DNA of 64,000 nucleotides, from positions 260,852 through 324,851 of the forward strand of contig CP145878.1 in NCBI GenBank assembly GCA_041944325.1, in the 5' to 3' direction. Shown one piece after another: positions 29,622 to 41,126 of the stretch (the first letter of the stretch is position 1; the number at the start of each line of letters is the position of its first letter). A program made the position numbers and the translations under genes. Source of the stretch: Candidatus Dasytiphilus stammeri (GTDB lineage: Bacteria > Pseudomonadota > Gammaproteobacteria > Enterobacterales > Enterobacteriaceae). The notes beneath the pieces are model-generated. The model saw only the letters and a list, made by a program, of their open reading frames with translations. It was not told the DNA's origin and did not search any database.

Positions 29622-30464
29622 TTAAAGAAGAGATGATAATGATTGTAGGATATTATCTTCTATCTTAATAGATTTTTCTATGCATGATTGTATAGCAGCC
29701 AACACAGCAGCGCGTAATCCTTTTTCTTCTAATAACTTTACCGCTTCAAGAGTTGTCCCGTTTGGAGAACAAACCTCGTCTTTTAATTCACCTGGATGTT
29801 TTCCGGTTTTTAGGACCATTTGGGCGGCACCCTTGACTGCCTGTGCAGCAAATTTATAAGCTTGTATACGTGGCATTCCAGCACTAACCGCTGCATCAGC
29901 CATCGCTTCTATAAACATATATACATAAGCAGGAGCCGAACTACTAACGCCAATTACAGTGTGAATCAGAGATTCTGGTAAAATTTCAGTTTTACCTATA
30001 ATATTAAATATATTTAGTACTTCATTAACTTCCTGTTGTGTAACCAATGCGTTTGGTGTTACTGATGTCATGGCTTTTCCTACTAGAGCTGGTGTATTGG
30101 ACATAACACGTATAATTTTATAACCGGGTCCTATTAATCTACCTAGCCAATCTAATGTAACACCAGTCGCTAGAGAAATTACAATAAAATCTTTTTTCCT
30201 GAGAGATAGCTTATTATCTTTTAGCATCTCGATAATAATGTTCGGTTTAACTGCCAGAAATAAAATCTGAGCATTTTGGGCTACTTCTTGTTCACTAAAA
30301 TTTAAATTGATCCCATATTTTTGCTGTAATCTTTTACTCTTTTCAGAATGGCAATCATAGACATAAATGTTTTCTGGAATTAACTGTCTACTTTCAATAA
30401 TACCACCAATGATTGCATTAGCCATATTACCGCCACCAATAAAACCCAGTTTTTTCTTCATCAT
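29622..30464 (-). CDS. proC: pyrroline-5-carboxylate reductase
   Basis: MMKKKLGFIGGGNMANAI contains the Rossmann motif, and the protein is collinear with E. coli ProC. ATG 30464 is preceded by AAGG. The ORF-track TTG 30473 start is less likely. Confidence 0.9.
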   Translation of the reverse strand: MMKKKLGFIGGGNMANAIIGGIIESRQLIPENIYVYDCHSEKSKRLQQKYGINLNFSEQEVAQNAQILFLAVKPNIIIEMLKDNKLSLRKKDFIVISLATGVTLDWLGRLIGPGYKIIRVMSNTPALVGKAMTSVTPNALVTQQEVNEVLNIFNIIGKTEILPESLIHTVIGVSSSAPAYVYMFIEAMADAAVSAGMPRIQAYKFAAQAVKGAAQMVLKTGKHPGELKDEVCSPNGTTLEAVKLLEEKGLRAAVLAAIQSCIEKSIKIEDNILQSLSSLL

Positions 30465-30504
30465 TAATCTCAACCTTAATATTTTATGTTACCACCGAGC
30501 TCAT

Positions 30505-31641
30505 TTAATTATCATCTGCATCTGTGGGAGATTCATTCATCCAAGCGGTAAGTAAGCGATATGAAATGGCTAAAACTACTGGTCCAATGAACAGACCGAT
30601 CATCCCAAAAGTCAACAGGCCACCTATAACGCCACAAAGAATTAGAATTATTGGTAAGTCGGCTCCCATCCGGATTAAAAAGGGCCGTAAGATATTATCT
30701 AAAGTCACCACAATACAGCTCCAAATTATTAAAAGCGTTCCATAAGTCGTATCACCACGCCAGTAAAGCCAAATTATAGCCGGGATTAATACAGGAAGTG
30801 TACCTAATTGCATCAAACAAAATAAAATTAAGAGTACTGTTAATAATGTAGCATAAGGTATTCCAGAAAGTGCTAAACCAATTCCTGCCAGGATTCCTTG
30901 TACTAAAGCGGTAACCGTTACCCCTAGAGCCACGGCGCGGATAGCTTGGCTAGCTAATAAAACTGCGGCATCACCACGATGTGTAGCTATCCGCCTCGCA
31001 AAATGACGAACTCCTTGTGCTATCTGCTCACCACGCCAATAAAGCAATATACTAAATAGCAACATTAAACTAAGATGTAGCATGAGACGTCCCAAATGTG
31101 CGACTTGCGAAAAAATAAAAGTTGTAGTTGTGCCCATATAAGGTTTGAAATATGTAATTATCGAGTTATTTTCCCCAGCTAAAAGACTATGCCAGCTAGA
31201 ATAAAGTTTTGCTCCTATAACAGGAATATTAAGAAGCCAATGCAACTGGGGAGGTTGGATCTTACCTGAGGTAAGATTTTGAATGATTGGAATCATATTA
31301 TCCATAAAACTATTTATTAGTAAAGCTATCGGAATAATAAATAATAAAAATAGGATAAGTATCATAACAATAATCGCTAGTGTTCTACGGCCCCATAGCA
31401 ATTTCTGGAGTTTTAGTAGTAAAGGCCAAGTTGTAATTACCACCATACTCGCCCAGGCAAAACCAGGAATAAATGGCTGTACTACCCAAAAACAGGTGAT
31501 GATTAATAAGGTAATAAACATACATAAAAATAGTATTTTGGGGATATCTACTCCTTGTAGCAGATTTTTAAGACAAGAATTTTTCTCTTTACACCTTCTA
31601 GATTTATGGTTATCACCATTCTCATCGTGCCAATTAGTCAA
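30505..31641 (-). CDS. ydiK: AI-2E/PerM (UPF0118) family membrane transporter
   Basis: 378 aa, collinear with E. coli YdiK (WIVQPF, IPVIGAKLY, LLYWRGEQ, RGDAAVLLA.QAIRAVALGV, LPVLIPAIIWLYW). Confidence 0.85.
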   Translation of the reverse strand: MTNWHDENGDNHKSRRCKEKNSCLKNLLQGVDIPKILFLCMFITLLIITCFWVVQPFIPGFAWASMVVITTWPLLLKLQKLLWGRRTLAIIVMILILFLLFIIPIALLINSFMDNMIPIIQNLTSGKIQPPQLHWLLNIPVIGAKLYSSWHSLLAGENNSIITYFKPYMGTTTTFIFSQVAHLGRLMLHLSLMLLFSILLYWRGEQIAQGVRHFARRIATHRGDAAVLLASQAIRAVALGVTVTALVQGILAGIGLALSGIPYATLLTVLLILFCLMQLGTLPVLIPAIIWLYWRGDTTYGTLLIIWSCIVVTLDNILRPFLIRMGADLPIILILCGVIGGLLTFGMIGLFIGPVVLAISYRLLTAWMNESPTDADDN

Positions 31642-31719
31642 TTTAATACCTCCGCCGCTAGCGGTGCTGCGGCTTCTTCTATTTTAGGATAATGAATGTT
31701 ATTGCTTTTCATCGATATT

Positions 31720-31796
31720 GGGTACGTCCGAGTGGACTTGAACCACTGACCACCACCATGTCAAGGTGGTACTCTTACCTACTGAGCTACGGACGT
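31720..31796 (-). tRNA. tRNA-Val (anticodon GAC); 3' CCA not fully encoded
   Basis: The reverse complement ACGTCCGTAGCTCAGTAGGTAAGAGTACCACCTTGACATGGTGGTGGTCAGTGGTTCAAGTCCACTCGGACGTACCC resembles E. coli valV/valW. The position next to mdtK matches E. coli. Confidence 0.85.
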
Positions 31797-31865
31797 ATTA
31801 ATGACGATCGCCTCTTTACTAGAGTATAATATAAAAAAAATTACTACGAAAGTACCCTGTTGATT

Positions 31866-33230
31866 TTAATTAGCTGCTATCTTGAAAATTTCCTCAGCAG
31901 AAAAACTTTGTAATTTGCGTATCCGATGGATCATCATAATTGCTGACGCTGTTAACCCGACAATAAATCCTATCCAAAACCCAGCAGGACCTAAAGGAGT
32001 AACGATCCAATCCGTTAGCGCGAGTATATATCCACAAGGTAATCCTAATAACCAATAAGCGGTAAAAGTAATTAGAGAAATGGAACGAGTATCTTTATAA
32101 CCTCTTAAGATACCACTACCGATAACTTGTACAGCATCAGAAACCTGATAGAGAGCTGCCAATAACATAAGCTGTGTTGCAAGTGCTACCACTTGTGGAT
32201 TATCATTATACAATAACGCAATGTGATCACGATAAATTATCGTAATAATTGCGGTAACACTCGCAATAGCAATTCCAGTACCATGAGCGGTATCAGCGGC
32301 TAACTTAGCCTTTTTTATGGAACCTTGGCCCAGCTGAAAACTTACCCTAATCGTCGTTGCTACACTAAGTGATAGTGGTAAAACAAAAACCAGCGAACTA
32401 AAATTTAGCGCAATTTGGTGACCCGCGATTTGCACAACCCCTAAATGAGAAATCAGCAAAGCAACCATGGCAAATAAAGTCACTTCAAAGAAAAAAGATA
32501 GAGCAATTGGAAATCCTAGAGTAATCAGACGCCATAGTGCTTTACTATCTGGTTTTGCTAAACTTGTGCTTGGGGGAGTTTTACTACTAAATTTCACCCA
32601 GGTTACCATGGTGAGAAACATAATCCAGTAAACAAACGCGGTTGCTATTCCGCATCCTACTCCACCAAAAGCGGGCATTCCAAATTTACCATGAATAAAA
32701 ATATAATTCACTGGAAGATTCACTATTAATCCAATAAAACCTATTACCATACCTGGTTTAGGATTTGCCAGACCATCACATTGATTCCGTAATACCTGAA
32801 AAAATAAATAACCTGGAGTGCCATATAGCATGGCATGTAAATAAAAAACCGTTTTATCAGCAAGTATTGGACTGATGTCAGGCATTAAATGAATAAGATG
32901 ACTTGCATTGTATATTACCAACATAATTAATATAGATGCTATTCCTGCTAGCCAGTAAGCTTGAGAAACCTGATAAGCGATCTGGTCGCGACGACCTGAA
33001 CCATTAAGTTGTGCAACTACTGGTGTTAGTGCAAGGATTAAACCATAGCCAAATAAAATGGCCGGTAACCATATTGAGGTACCCATAGCTACCGCCGCCA
33101 TGTCAGTAGTACTCATTGCTCCAGCCATAATGGTATTCATAAAACCAATTGAGGTTTGTGCAATTTGTGCCAGAATTACCGGGGCAGCTAGCATTAATAG
33201 TTGACGTGCTTCTGCAAAATATTTCTGCAC
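31866..33230 (-). CDS. mdtK: MATE-family multidrug efflux transporter (GTG start)
   Basis: 454 aa. [30 protein letters not shown]... is collinear with E. coli MdtK (YdhE). Confidence 0.9.
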   Translation of the reverse strand: MQKYFAEARQLLMLAAPVILAQIAQTSIGFMNTIMAGAMSTTDMAAVAMGTSIWLPAILFGYGLILALTPVVAQLNGSGRRDQIAYQVSQAYWLAGIASILIMLVIYNASHLIHLMPDISPILADKTVFYLHAMLYGTPGYLFFQVLRNQCDGLANPKPGMVIGFIGLIVNLPVNYIFIHGKFGMPAFGGVGCGIATAFVYWIMFLTMVTWVKFSSKTPPSTSLAKPDSKALWRLITLGFPIALSFFFEVTLFAMVALLISHLGVVQIAGHQIALNFSSLVFVLPLSLSVATTIRVSFQLGQGSIKKAKLAADTAHGTGIAIASVTAIITIIYRDHIALLYNDNPQVVALATQLMLLAALYQVSDAVQVIGSGILRGYKDTRSISLITFTAYWLLGLPCGYILALTDWIVTPLGPAGFWIGFIVGLTASAIMMIHRIRKLQSFSAEEIFKIAAN

Positions 33231-33380
33231 GTATCTTATCCTTTATAAAATAACTAAAAAAATCTTATTTTAACGTTACATGTTAGTTTAGGCAAACTTT
33301 ACCACCGTAAAATTATTTATATTATTTTTTCATGCTGCTATACTGGCTGGCAGCAATCTGATAAGAATCTTATTAAAGAG

Positions 33381-34010
33381 ATGTTTACTGGGATTATACA
33401 AGGTATAGCAAACGTACTAAAGATAAAGCAAAATCAAGAGTTGCGCACTTACATAATTAGATTACCAGCTGAGATGTTAGTGGGGTTGAAAAGTGGTATG
33501 TCAGTAGCTAACAATGGTTGTTGTTTAACAATCGCGGCCATTAATCACGATCAAGTAAGATTTGATCTCATCAAGGAAACTTTATCTGTAACAAATTTGC
33601 GAGAGTTAAAACCTGGCGATCAAGTTAATGTAGAACGTGCTGCAAAATTAGGTGATGAAATTGGCGGACATTTGATTTCTGGTCATATAATGACTACTGC
33701 AGAAATAATAAAAATTATCCATATAAAAAATCATAGTGAATTATGGTTTAAACTGCGAGATGAAAGTGTCTGTAAATATATACGGTATAAGGGTTTTATT
33801 GCTATTGACGGAATTAGCCTGACAATTGGATCAATAAAGGATAATCAATTCGGGGTACATTTGATCCCCGAAACTATTGCTCGCACTACACTTGGTAGTA
33901 AGAGATTGACAAATACAGTCAACATTGAAATTGATTTTTATACGAAAACTATTATCGAAACTGTTGAATCTTTATGCTTAGAAAAATATCTAACTACTAT
34001 GCCTTATTAA
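33381..34010 (+). CDS. ribC: riboflavin synthase
   Basis: 209 aa. MFTGIIQG... and GDEIGGHLISGHIMTTAEI are collinear with E. coli riboflavin synthase. It lies divergent from mdtK, as in E. coli. Confidence 0.95.
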   Translation: MFTGIIQGIANVLKIKQNQELRTYIIRLPAEMLVGLKSGMSVANNGCCLTIAAINHDQVRFDLIKETLSVTNLRELKPGDQVNVERAAKLGDEIGGHLISGHIMTTAEIIKIIHIKNHSELWFKLRDESVCKYIRYKGFIAIDGISLTIGSIKDNQFGVHLIPETIARTTLGSKRLTNTVNIEIDFYTKTIIETVESLCLEKYLTTMPY

Positions 34011-34125
34011 AATTGAATGGATATGATTATCCGCACCTTTCAGTTTTTTAATATTTAGCGTTTACTAGTGCCGAGGTTTTAGAGTAAAATCAATTAAAAT
34101 TACTCTAAATCAAGGTAAAGTAATA

Positions 34126-34476
34126 ATGAATTCTATTGAAAAAATTAAGCGGCAAATTGCTGAAAATCCAATTTTGCTTTTTATGAAAGGTTCACCAAAG
34201 CTTCCATCCTGTGGTTTTTCTGCACAGGCTGCACAGGTACTTTTGGCATGTATTGAAAATTTTTCCTACGTAGATGTTTTAAAACATCCGGATATTCGTG
34301 CTGAATTACCTAAATATGCTAATTGGCCTACTTTCCCCCAATTATGGGTAGATCAAAAACTTATTGGTGGTTGTGATATTATTATTGAGATGTTCAAACA
34401 TGGGGAATTACAGAGTATAATAAAAGAAACTGCGGATAAATATCGGTTATGTTCATCTACTAATTCAATTAATTAG
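34126..34476 (+). CDS. grxD: monothiol glutaredoxin Grx4
   Basis: 116 aa with the CGFS active site in [13 protein letters not shown] and WPTFPQLWV. Confidence 0.92.
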   Translation: MNSIEKIKRQIAENPILLFMKGSPKLPSCGFSAQAAQVLLACIENFSYVDVLKHPDIRAELPKYANWPTFPQLWVDQKLIGGCDIIIEMFKHGELQSIIKETADKYRLCSSTNSIN

Positions 34477-34489
34477 CAAAATTTTTTTC

Positions 34490-35143
34490 ATGAAAGAAAA
34501 CTCTGATTTACCTAAAATTGCACAATTGCGTCGAGAATATACTCGTGATAGTCTACGCCGTACTAATTTACCTTTGGATCCATTGACCTTATTTAGACAA
34601 TGGCTGAACCAAGCATGTGCCGCCAAGCTTCCAGATCCTACTGCGATGTGTCTAGCCACGGTCGACGGCTCACAGCCTTGGCAACGCATGGTACTACTTA
34701 AGCATTTTGATGAACAAGGAATGATATTTTTTACTAATCTAAGTAGCCGTAAAGCCCAGCATCTAAATAACAATCCATGTATTAGCTTATTATTTCCTTG
34801 GAATATGTTGGAACGACAAGTGATAGTGCTCGGTAGTGTGCAACGTCTATCCATGACAGATACCGAAAAATATTTTCATAGTCGTCCTCGTAATAGCCAA
34901 ATTGGAACTTGGGTTTCACATCAGTCAAATATTATTCCCACTCGCAAAGTATTAGAACGTAAATTTATTAAATTAAAACAACAGTTTCAACATCAAGAAA
35001 TTCCTTTACCCAATTTTTGGGGGGGCTTTAGGGTGGACATTAACGCCATAGAATTTTGGCAAGGTGGTAAATATCGTTTACATGATCGATTTTTTTTTCA
35101 TCGTGAAGGAAAAAAATGGAAAATAGATCGTTTATCTCCCTAA
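34490..35143 (+). CDS. pdxH: pyridoxamine/pyridoxine 5'-phosphate oxidase
   Basis: 217 aa with [20 protein letters not shown] and EFWQGG.YRLHDRF, collinear with E. coli PdxH. Confidence 0.95.
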   Translation: MKENSDLPKIAQLRREYTRDSLRRTNLPLDPLTLFRQWLNQACAAKLPDPTAMCLATVDGSQPWQRMVLLKHFDEQGMIFFTNLSSRKAQHLNNNPCISLLFPWNMLERQVIVLGSVQRLSMTDTEKYFHSRPRNSQIGTWVSHQSNIIPTRKVLERKFIKLKQQFQHQEIPLPNFWGGFRVDINAIEFWQGGKYRLHDRFFFHREGKKWKIDRLSP

Positions 35144-35207
35144 ACATAATAATATTAATATAAATTTTCCACTAAGGTGGTTTCATAGAATCTTACTTAA
35201 TTACTGA

Positions 35208-36482
35208 ATGACTACTAATCTGATTAATAAATTGAAAGAAAGGGGCCTGATATCTCAAATTACGAATGAAAAGGCATTAATCCAAAGACTTGAACAGGGA
35301 AGTATTTTACTTTATTGTGGTTTTGATCCAACAGCGGAGAGCTTACATTTAGGACACCTCGTACCCTTGCTTTGCATGAAAATATTTCAGAATGCTGGTC
35401 ATAAACCTATCGTTCTGATAGGCGGAGGAACCGGTTTAATTGGTGATCCCAGTTTTAAAGCCCGTGAACGTAAGCTAAATACTACTGATCAAGTAAACGA
35501 ATGGGTAAAAAAAATTTCCGACCAAATCGCGCTATTTTTAGATTTTAATGGTGGAGATAATAGTGCTCTTATCGTCAATAATTATAACTGGCTTGGTAAA
35601 ATGAGTGTTCTAGATTTCCTACGTATTGTTGGTAAACATTTTACTATTAATCAGTTAATTAATAAAGAAGCAGTTAAACAGCGCTTCAATCGTGATGAAA
35701 GAGGTATTTCTTTTACTGAATTTACTTATAATTTATTACAAAGTTATGATTTTGCTTGTCTAAATACACAGTATGGTGTTGAATTGCAAATAGGTGGCTC
35801 TGATCAGTGGGGGAATATTACCTCAGGGATTTATTTAACTCGGAAACTTCATCAAAAAAAAGTATTTGGGATCACTCTTCCATTAATTACCAAAGCTAAT
35901 GGTATTAAATTTGGTAAAACCGATAGTGATACCATATGGCTTAATGCTCAAAAAACTAGTCCTTATAAATTTTACCAGTTTTGGATCAACACCGCAGATC
36001 TTGACGTATATAGATTCCTTAAATTATTTACTTTTATAGATCTCCAGATAATTTCTAGATTAGAGCAAGAAGATCAAACGACTCAAATTGCGCAACGGGC
36101 GCAGTTTATCTTAGCTGAACAGGTAACAAGAATGGTACATGGTGCTAACGGATTAGCTGCTGCCAAACGCATAACACAAAGTTTATTTTATGGTACAATA
36201 AGTAAAATGAAGGAAGCGGATTTCAGTCAGCTTGCCCAAGATGGGATGCCAGCAATTGAATTAGTAGAACCTGCGGATTTGCTACAGGTTCTAGTGAATG
36301 CTCAACTAGTATCATCACGAAGCCAAGCACGCTCATTAATTTCTGCTGGTGCGATCACCATTAATGGTAAAAAAACCAATGATACTCAATACCATTTGAG
36401 CTCAGTTGATAAGCTTTGTGGTCGTTATACATTATTACGACGTGGTAAAAAAAATTACTGTTTAATCTGTTGGAAATCATAA
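35208..36482 (+). CDS. tyrS: tyrosine--tRNA ligase
   Basis: 424 aa with HIGH (SLHLGHL) and KFGKT motifs. Sits in pdxH-tyrS synteny. Confidence 0.95.
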   Translation: MTTNLINKLKERGLISQITNEKALIQRLEQGSILLYCGFDPTAESLHLGHLVPLLCMKIFQNAGHKPIVLIGGGTGLIGDPSFKARERKLNTTDQVNEWVKKISDQIALFLDFNGGDNSALIVNNYNWLGKMSVLDFLRIVGKHFTINQLINKEAVKQRFNRDERGISFTEFTYNLLQSYDFACLNTQYGVELQIGGSDQWGNITSGIYLTRKLHQKKVFGITLPLITKANGIKFGKTDSDTIWLNAQKTSPYKFYQFWINTADLDVYRFLKLFTFIDLQIISRLEQEDQTTQIAQRAQFILAEQVTRMVHGANGLAAAKRITQSLFYGTISKMKEADFSQLAQDGMPAIELVEPADLLQVLVNAQLVSSRSQARSLISAGAITINGKKTNDTQYHLSSVDKLCGRYTLLRRGKKNYCLICWKS

Positions 36483-36493
36483 CTAAATATTAG

Positions 36494-37957
36494 TTATAAT
36501 AATGGACTAAAAAAGTAAAACAATCTTTCTACTAAACGTTGCCAATAAGGACGACGTAACCAGTGCTTAACATCTACACTACTGGAATTACTAATGTAAT
36601 TCTCTTGTATACGAGATAACTTCTTTCCAAAGTTGTCATCATCAATTACTAAGGTTATTTCAAAATTCAGCCATAAACTCCTGATATCCAAATTTACTGT
36701 CCCGATTAAACTCAATTGACCGTCAACTTGTAAAGTTTTGGTATGTAACAAACCTCCTTCAAATTGGTAAATTTTGACGCCAGCTACTAAAAGTTCCGTA
36801 AAAAAAGCCCGACTCGCCCAGCGCACAAACAGTGAGTCATTATAGCGTGGAATAATAATACTTACCTCAACCCCACGTTGAGCAGCAATACAAATTGCAT
36901 GAAGTAGACAATCACTAGGCACCAAATAAGGCGTTGTCATGATTAGCGCTTTGCGTGCTGAGAAAATCGCGGTTAATAATGCCTGATGAATTATATTTTC
37001 AGGAAAACCTGGTCCTGATGCTATCACCTGAAGTGCCGAATTTTTTTTTGGTTTAGAAAGTAGAAGATTAATATCAGGTGCCGGTGGTGGTAGAATACGT
37101 TTCCCAGTTTCTAACTCCCAGTCGCAGGAGTAAATCATTCCCATCATATTCACCACAGGACCTTCCATACGTGCCATTAAGTCAATCCATTGACCAAATC
37201 CAGAATTTTGCCTAAAATAACGTGGGTCTACTAGGTTCATACTTCCAGTATAGACGATTTTGTTATCAATCAGCACTATCTTTCGATGTTGACGTAAATC
37301 TAATCGACGAAAAAAAATTAACCATATACTGACACGTAATGCTTCTACTACTTCAATGCCTGCATGACGCATGGTAACTGCCAGATTACTACTAAAAAAT
37401 CTTCTACTTCCAGCAGAATCCAGCATTAATCTGCAGTGAACCCCGCGTTTAGCAGCAGCCAGAAGTGCCTCGGCTACTTCGTTAGCTGTTCCTCCTGGTT
37501 GCCAGATATAAAAAACCATTTTGATATTATCACGCGCCAGCTTAATATCTCTAATTATGTATTTCAGTGTATCATCAGTATTAGTTAGCAGTTCTAATTG
37601 ATTAACTTTAACTCCAGCAATTCCTTGACGCATTTCACATAGCTTAAACAGGGGACGTGCTACATCACTATTATGGATCGCGAATAATGTGGGGTAATTT
37701 TTTAAATTATGAAGCCAATGCTTTATTGATGGCCACAAAATTCTGGCACGTTTGGAGCGTTGTTTTCCTAAGTAGAGTTCTTCTAGAATAAAGTAAGCTA
37801 TAATACCTAACCAAGGTATTATGTAGACCATTAGTAACCAAGCAATAGAAGATGGGATTGCCCGGCGTTTCATTAAAATTCTGATGGTGGTTATTGCCAT
37901 TAATAACCAGTAGCAATACACTATTATCCAGCTGATTAAATGGTAAATCTTGGTCAT
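36494..37957 (-). CDS. clsA: cardiolipin synthase A
   Basis: 487 aa with two HKD motifs ([18 protein letters not shown]). Collinear with E. coli ClsA to the shared C-terminus LFYFFSPLL. Confidence 0.95.
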   Translation of the reverse strand: MTKIYHLISWIIVYCYWLLMAITTIRILMKRRAIPSSIAWLLMVYIIPWLGIIAYFILEELYLGKQRSKRARILWPSIKHWLHNLKNYPTLFAIHNSDVARPLFKLCEMRQGIAGVKVNQLELLTNTDDTLKYIIRDIKLARDNIKMVFYIWQPGGTANEVAEALLAAAKRGVHCRLMLDSAGSRRFFSSNLAVTMRHAGIEVVEALRVSIWLIFFRRLDLRQHRKIVLIDNKIVYTGSMNLVDPRYFRQNSGFGQWIDLMARMEGPVVNMMGMIYSCDWELETGKRILPPPAPDINLLLSKPKKNSALQVIASGPGFPENIIHQALLTAIFSARKALIMTTPYLVPSDCLLHAICIAAQRGVEVSIIIPRYNDSLFVRWASRAFFTELLVAGVKIYQFEGGLLHTKTLQVDGQLSLIGTVNLDIRSLWLNFEITLVIDDDNFGKKLSRIQENYISNSSSVDVKHWLRRPYWQRLVERLFYFFSPLL

Positions 37958-37996
37958 ATAATCATTAATAATCTTTTTACTTTTTATTCCATGGAA

Positions 37997-38752
37997 TCAT
38001 GATCTATCTATTGAGTTACCTAATAACATATAAAATCGGTATAAATAAATAGTTAATACTGCATTAATGAGATTAGAAATAATATTCAATATTGCTGTGG
38101 CTATCATAATGGGTAAGGTAGTAAAAAAAGTTGAAATCAACAACATCATACCTTTAACGAATAGCCATAAAATAACTGCTGGAGTTACTAATCTAGTATA
38201 TCTAAATGCGATCTGCATACTAGTCTGCATTGCAGATAACAGATTTTTTTTTTCCAATATCATAATAATTGGAGATAATGCTAATAGTATAGTCACTACA
38301 ACACCGGGAATAATCAAGATAATAAAACCTAATTGGGATAATAAGGTCATCATGAATAGCAGTACCAATAGTTTAGGGAATTGAAACAGAGAATTTTCTA
38401 GCGCTAGAAATAGTCTAGCTGGTTTTCCTGCAGAAACTCGAGAAATCAAATTAAGTACTCCCCCTAACATCAAGGTATGCCCTATTAGGGTAACTAAAAA
38501 ACTTATAGCAGAAATATATAAAAGCAGCCTAAATTGCTCTGAGGAGAGCTTTTGTATGATTTCAAGTAAACTTCTTACTTGAGGTTGGGTTCCCAATATA
38601 AACTGGAGTTGCTCAGTATAAGAAGGTAACAGAACATGATTAAAGATCACCGTAATTAAAGATGTTAATATAGCCATTAATGTAATTGTGATCCATTGAT
38701 TACGGAAGAAATTTATGGTTTCACGGTATAAAGAACTAGCTGTGATATACAT
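37997..38752 (-). CDS. yciC: UPF0259 inner-membrane protein YciC
   Basis: 251 aa polytopic protein, collinear with E. coli YciC (FFRNQ, LLALSP.IM, NLI.AVL.IYL.R.YML). Confidence 0.8.
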   Translation of the reverse strand: MYITASSLYRETINFFRNQWITITLMAILTSLITVIFNHVLLPSYTEQLQFILGTQPQVRSLLEIIQKLSSEQFRLLLYISAISFLVTLIGHTLMLGGVLNLISRVSAGKPARLFLALENSLFQFPKLLVLLFMMTLLSQLGFIILIIPGVVVTILLALSPIIMILEKKNLLSAMQTSMQIAFRYTRLVTPAVILWLFVKGMMLLISTFFTTLPIMIATAILNIISNLINAVLTIYLYRFYMLLGNSIDRS

Positions 38753-38969
38753 GGTAAATACTCCTGGCGTGGTAAACGAAATTTCTCAACAAGATGACCT
38801 AGCAGTAGCAGAGCAATTGGTATTTCCTTTGAAGTAATCATATCTACCACGTTCCTATAACCTTAAAATCAAGCTATAAATTAACTATTAATAATTATTA
38901 TTTTTACTGATGATTATATATCATCTTCATAGCAGATGCCAATTTCGTAAATAATCTTTATTAAGATGC

Positions 38970-39722
38970 TCAATTTTCTTGATAATGATAAGATTGAGCA
39001 TCAAAACTAATACCGTTTTCATGGATACTATCTTCTCCCATCAAATATAGATAGATTGGCATAATATCAGCAGGTTTTTTTAATAAATCAGCATTTTCTT
39101 CTGGAAAAGCATGTGCACGCATTTTAGTACGAATCCTTCCTGGGTTAATGCAGTTTACCCTTAATTTACTACCTTGATATTCATCAGCTAAAACTTGCAT
39201 CAGACCTTCGGTAGCAAATTTAGAAACCGAATATGCTCCCCATCTGGCACGACCCTTACGACCCACACTAGAACTCGTTAAGATTACCGAACTACTGGAA
39301 GAACGCAATAATAGTGGAAGTAATGCTTGAGTAAGAAAAAAAGTTGCATTGACATTAACATTCATTACTTGTTGCCAAATCATTGGTGATTGTTTTTCGA
39401 TCGAAGCGATTTCACCAAGCATACCTGCATTATGTAAGATTCCATCAATTATTGAATAATGATTAGCAATTTTTTTGGCGATATCACGGCATGTTTTTAA
39501 TGGATAGTCTTTAAAATCCAAGATATAATAGTGTGCTGGTTTTCCTCTTTGATGAATTTCATGTACCACCTTTTGTAGTTTTTCACTATTACGACCTAGC
39601 AGTACAAGAGTAGCACCATATCTAGCATAGGTGAGAGCTGCTTCTCTGCCTATACCACTACTTGCCCCAGTTACTAAAATAATTTTGTTATTCAGAAGGT
39701 CAATTTTAGGATTGTAATTCAC
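38970..39722 (-). CDS. yciK: short-chain dehydrogenase/reductase YciK (GTG start)
   Basis: 250 aa with TGASSGIGREAA and YSVSKFATEG. Collinear with E. coli YciK, in yciK-sohB divergent synteny. Confidence 0.85.
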   Translation of the reverse strand: MNYNPKIDLLNNKIILVTGASSGIGREAALTYARYGATLVLLGRNSEKLQKVVHEIHQRGKPAHYYILDFKDYPLKTCRDIAKKIANHYSIIDGILHNAGMLGEIASIEKQSPMIWQQVMNVNVNATFFLTQALLPLLLRSSSSSVILTSSSVGRKGRARWGAYSVSKFATEGLMQVLADEYQGSKLRVNCINPGRIRTKMRAHAFPEENADLLKKPADIMPIYLYLMGEDSIHENGISFDAQSYHYQEN

Positions 39723-39895
39723 AAGTTTTCCTCGAATAGAAATTGAATTTTAAAGTTTGTTTAAGGATACATTACCATGTAAGATTTTGGCAAAGAATCC
39801 TTTTAGTGTATAAATACAGATTAATTACCATTTTGATGGTAAATTAGATTGAAAAGATTCAGACTGAAGCAACCTATTAGGTAGGAAGATTCATA

Positions 39896-40921
39896 GTGAT
39901 GAATATTGTGGAACTTTATGTACTATTTATGGCCAAAACCCTGACCGTCATCATGGGGATTACAATCCTGCTCATTTTAATGATAAATATTATACAACGT
40001 AAGAAGTTACAATCTGGGCATTTACGATTAACACATTTGGGTGATCAGTATCGTGGAATAAAAAATGAAATGTTATTAGCAACCATGCCGCCTCGTGATC
40101 GTAAAAAGTGGCAAAAGGAACAAAAAAAACTCTATGCAAGATGTAAAAATGGACGAGAAAATCAATTAAAAAAGATTATTTATGTTATAGATTTTAAAGG
40201 TAGTATGGATGCAAAAGAAGTAACTTCACTCCGAGAAGAAATTTCAGCAGTGTTATTAGTTGCCACAAATAATGATCAAGTTTTATTGCGTTTGGAAAGT
40301 TATGGTGGCACGGTACATAACTATGGATTAGCGGCATCACAATTACAGCGGTTGCGTAAAAAAGGTATTTTTTTAACTGTAGCGGTGGATAAAATTGCGG
40401 CAAGCGGTGGGTACCTTATGGCTTGCGTTGCTAATCAAATTATAGCGGCTCCATTTGCCGTAATTGGTTCAATTGGTGTTGTTGCTCAGTTTCCTAATTT
40501 TAATCGTTTGTTAAAACGTAACAACATTGATTTTGAACTACATACTGCTGGAGAATACAAGCGCACTTTAACATTATTTGGAGAAAATAGTGAACAGAGC
40601 CGTCAAAAATTTCGTGAAGAGCTATCTGAAATCCATCAATTGTTTAAACGTTTCGTTCATGAAATGCGTCCAGCACTAGATATTGATCGAGTAGCCACAG
40701 GAGAGTATTGGTTTGGGAGAAATGCTGTGGAACAAGGTCTAATTGATGCAATTGGCACCAGTGACGAATTTATTTTACAAAAAATAGAAACCTGTGATTT
40801 AATGGCGGTTCATTACGTATGTCGTCAGAAAAGATGGATCGAGAAATTATCCACCAACCTTAATCTTGGCAAATTCCTCTGGGATTGTTTACAATGGGGT
40901 AATCCCAATCGCCGATCATAA
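39896..40921 (+). CDS. sohB: S49-family periplasmic serine peptidase SohB
   Basis: 341 aa with DFKGSMDA.EV.SLREEI, AASGGY.MACVA and GSIGVVAQ.PNFNR, collinear with E. coli SohB. Confidence 0.9.
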   Translation: MMNIVELYVLFMAKTLTVIMGITILLILMINIIQRKKLQSGHLRLTHLGDQYRGIKNEMLLATMPPRDRKKWQKEQKKLYARCKNGRENQLKKIIYVIDFKGSMDAKEVTSLREEISAVLLVATNNDQVLLRLESYGGTVHNYGLAASQLQRLRKKGIFLTVAVDKIAASGGYLMACVANQIIAAPFAVIGSIGVVAQFPNFNRLLKRNNIDFELHTAGEYKRTLTLFGENSEQSRQKFREELSEIHQLFKRFVHEMRPALDIDRVATGEYWFGRNAVEQGLIDAIGTSDEFILQKIETCDLMAVHYVCRQKRWIEKLSTNLNLGKFLWDCLQWGNPNRRS

Positions 40922-40925
40922 CACT

Positions 40926-41112
40926 ATGGAGAGATGCAAAAGCATCGAGATCTGCCACCAGATGAAAAGACCGCTATCAGGGCAAAGCTTTGGTAAATAT
41001 ATGAGTTGTAGTAATAATGAACCAGGTAAGAAAACTCCGAGTTGATTATTTTGCTATCAGCTTCCAAAATCACGTGAAGTGCATGTTACAATTAATCACT
41101 AAAAATTTTTAG
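40926..41112 (+). pseudogene. topA: frameshifted fragment of the C-terminal zinc-ribbon region of DNA topoisomerase I
   Basis: Frame 1 (40926-41045) reads MERCKSIEICHQMKRPLSGQSFGKYMSCSNNEPGKKTPS-stop, against E. coli TopA ..[31 protein letters not shown]. The +1 frame (41041-41112) reads VDYFAISFQNHVKCMLQLITKNF-stop, against ..[27 protein letters not shown]. It sits at the ancestral sohB-(yciN)-topA position. The reference sequence is recalled, not searched. Confidence 0.45.
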
Positions 41113-41126
41113 ATGTTAATTTAGGT

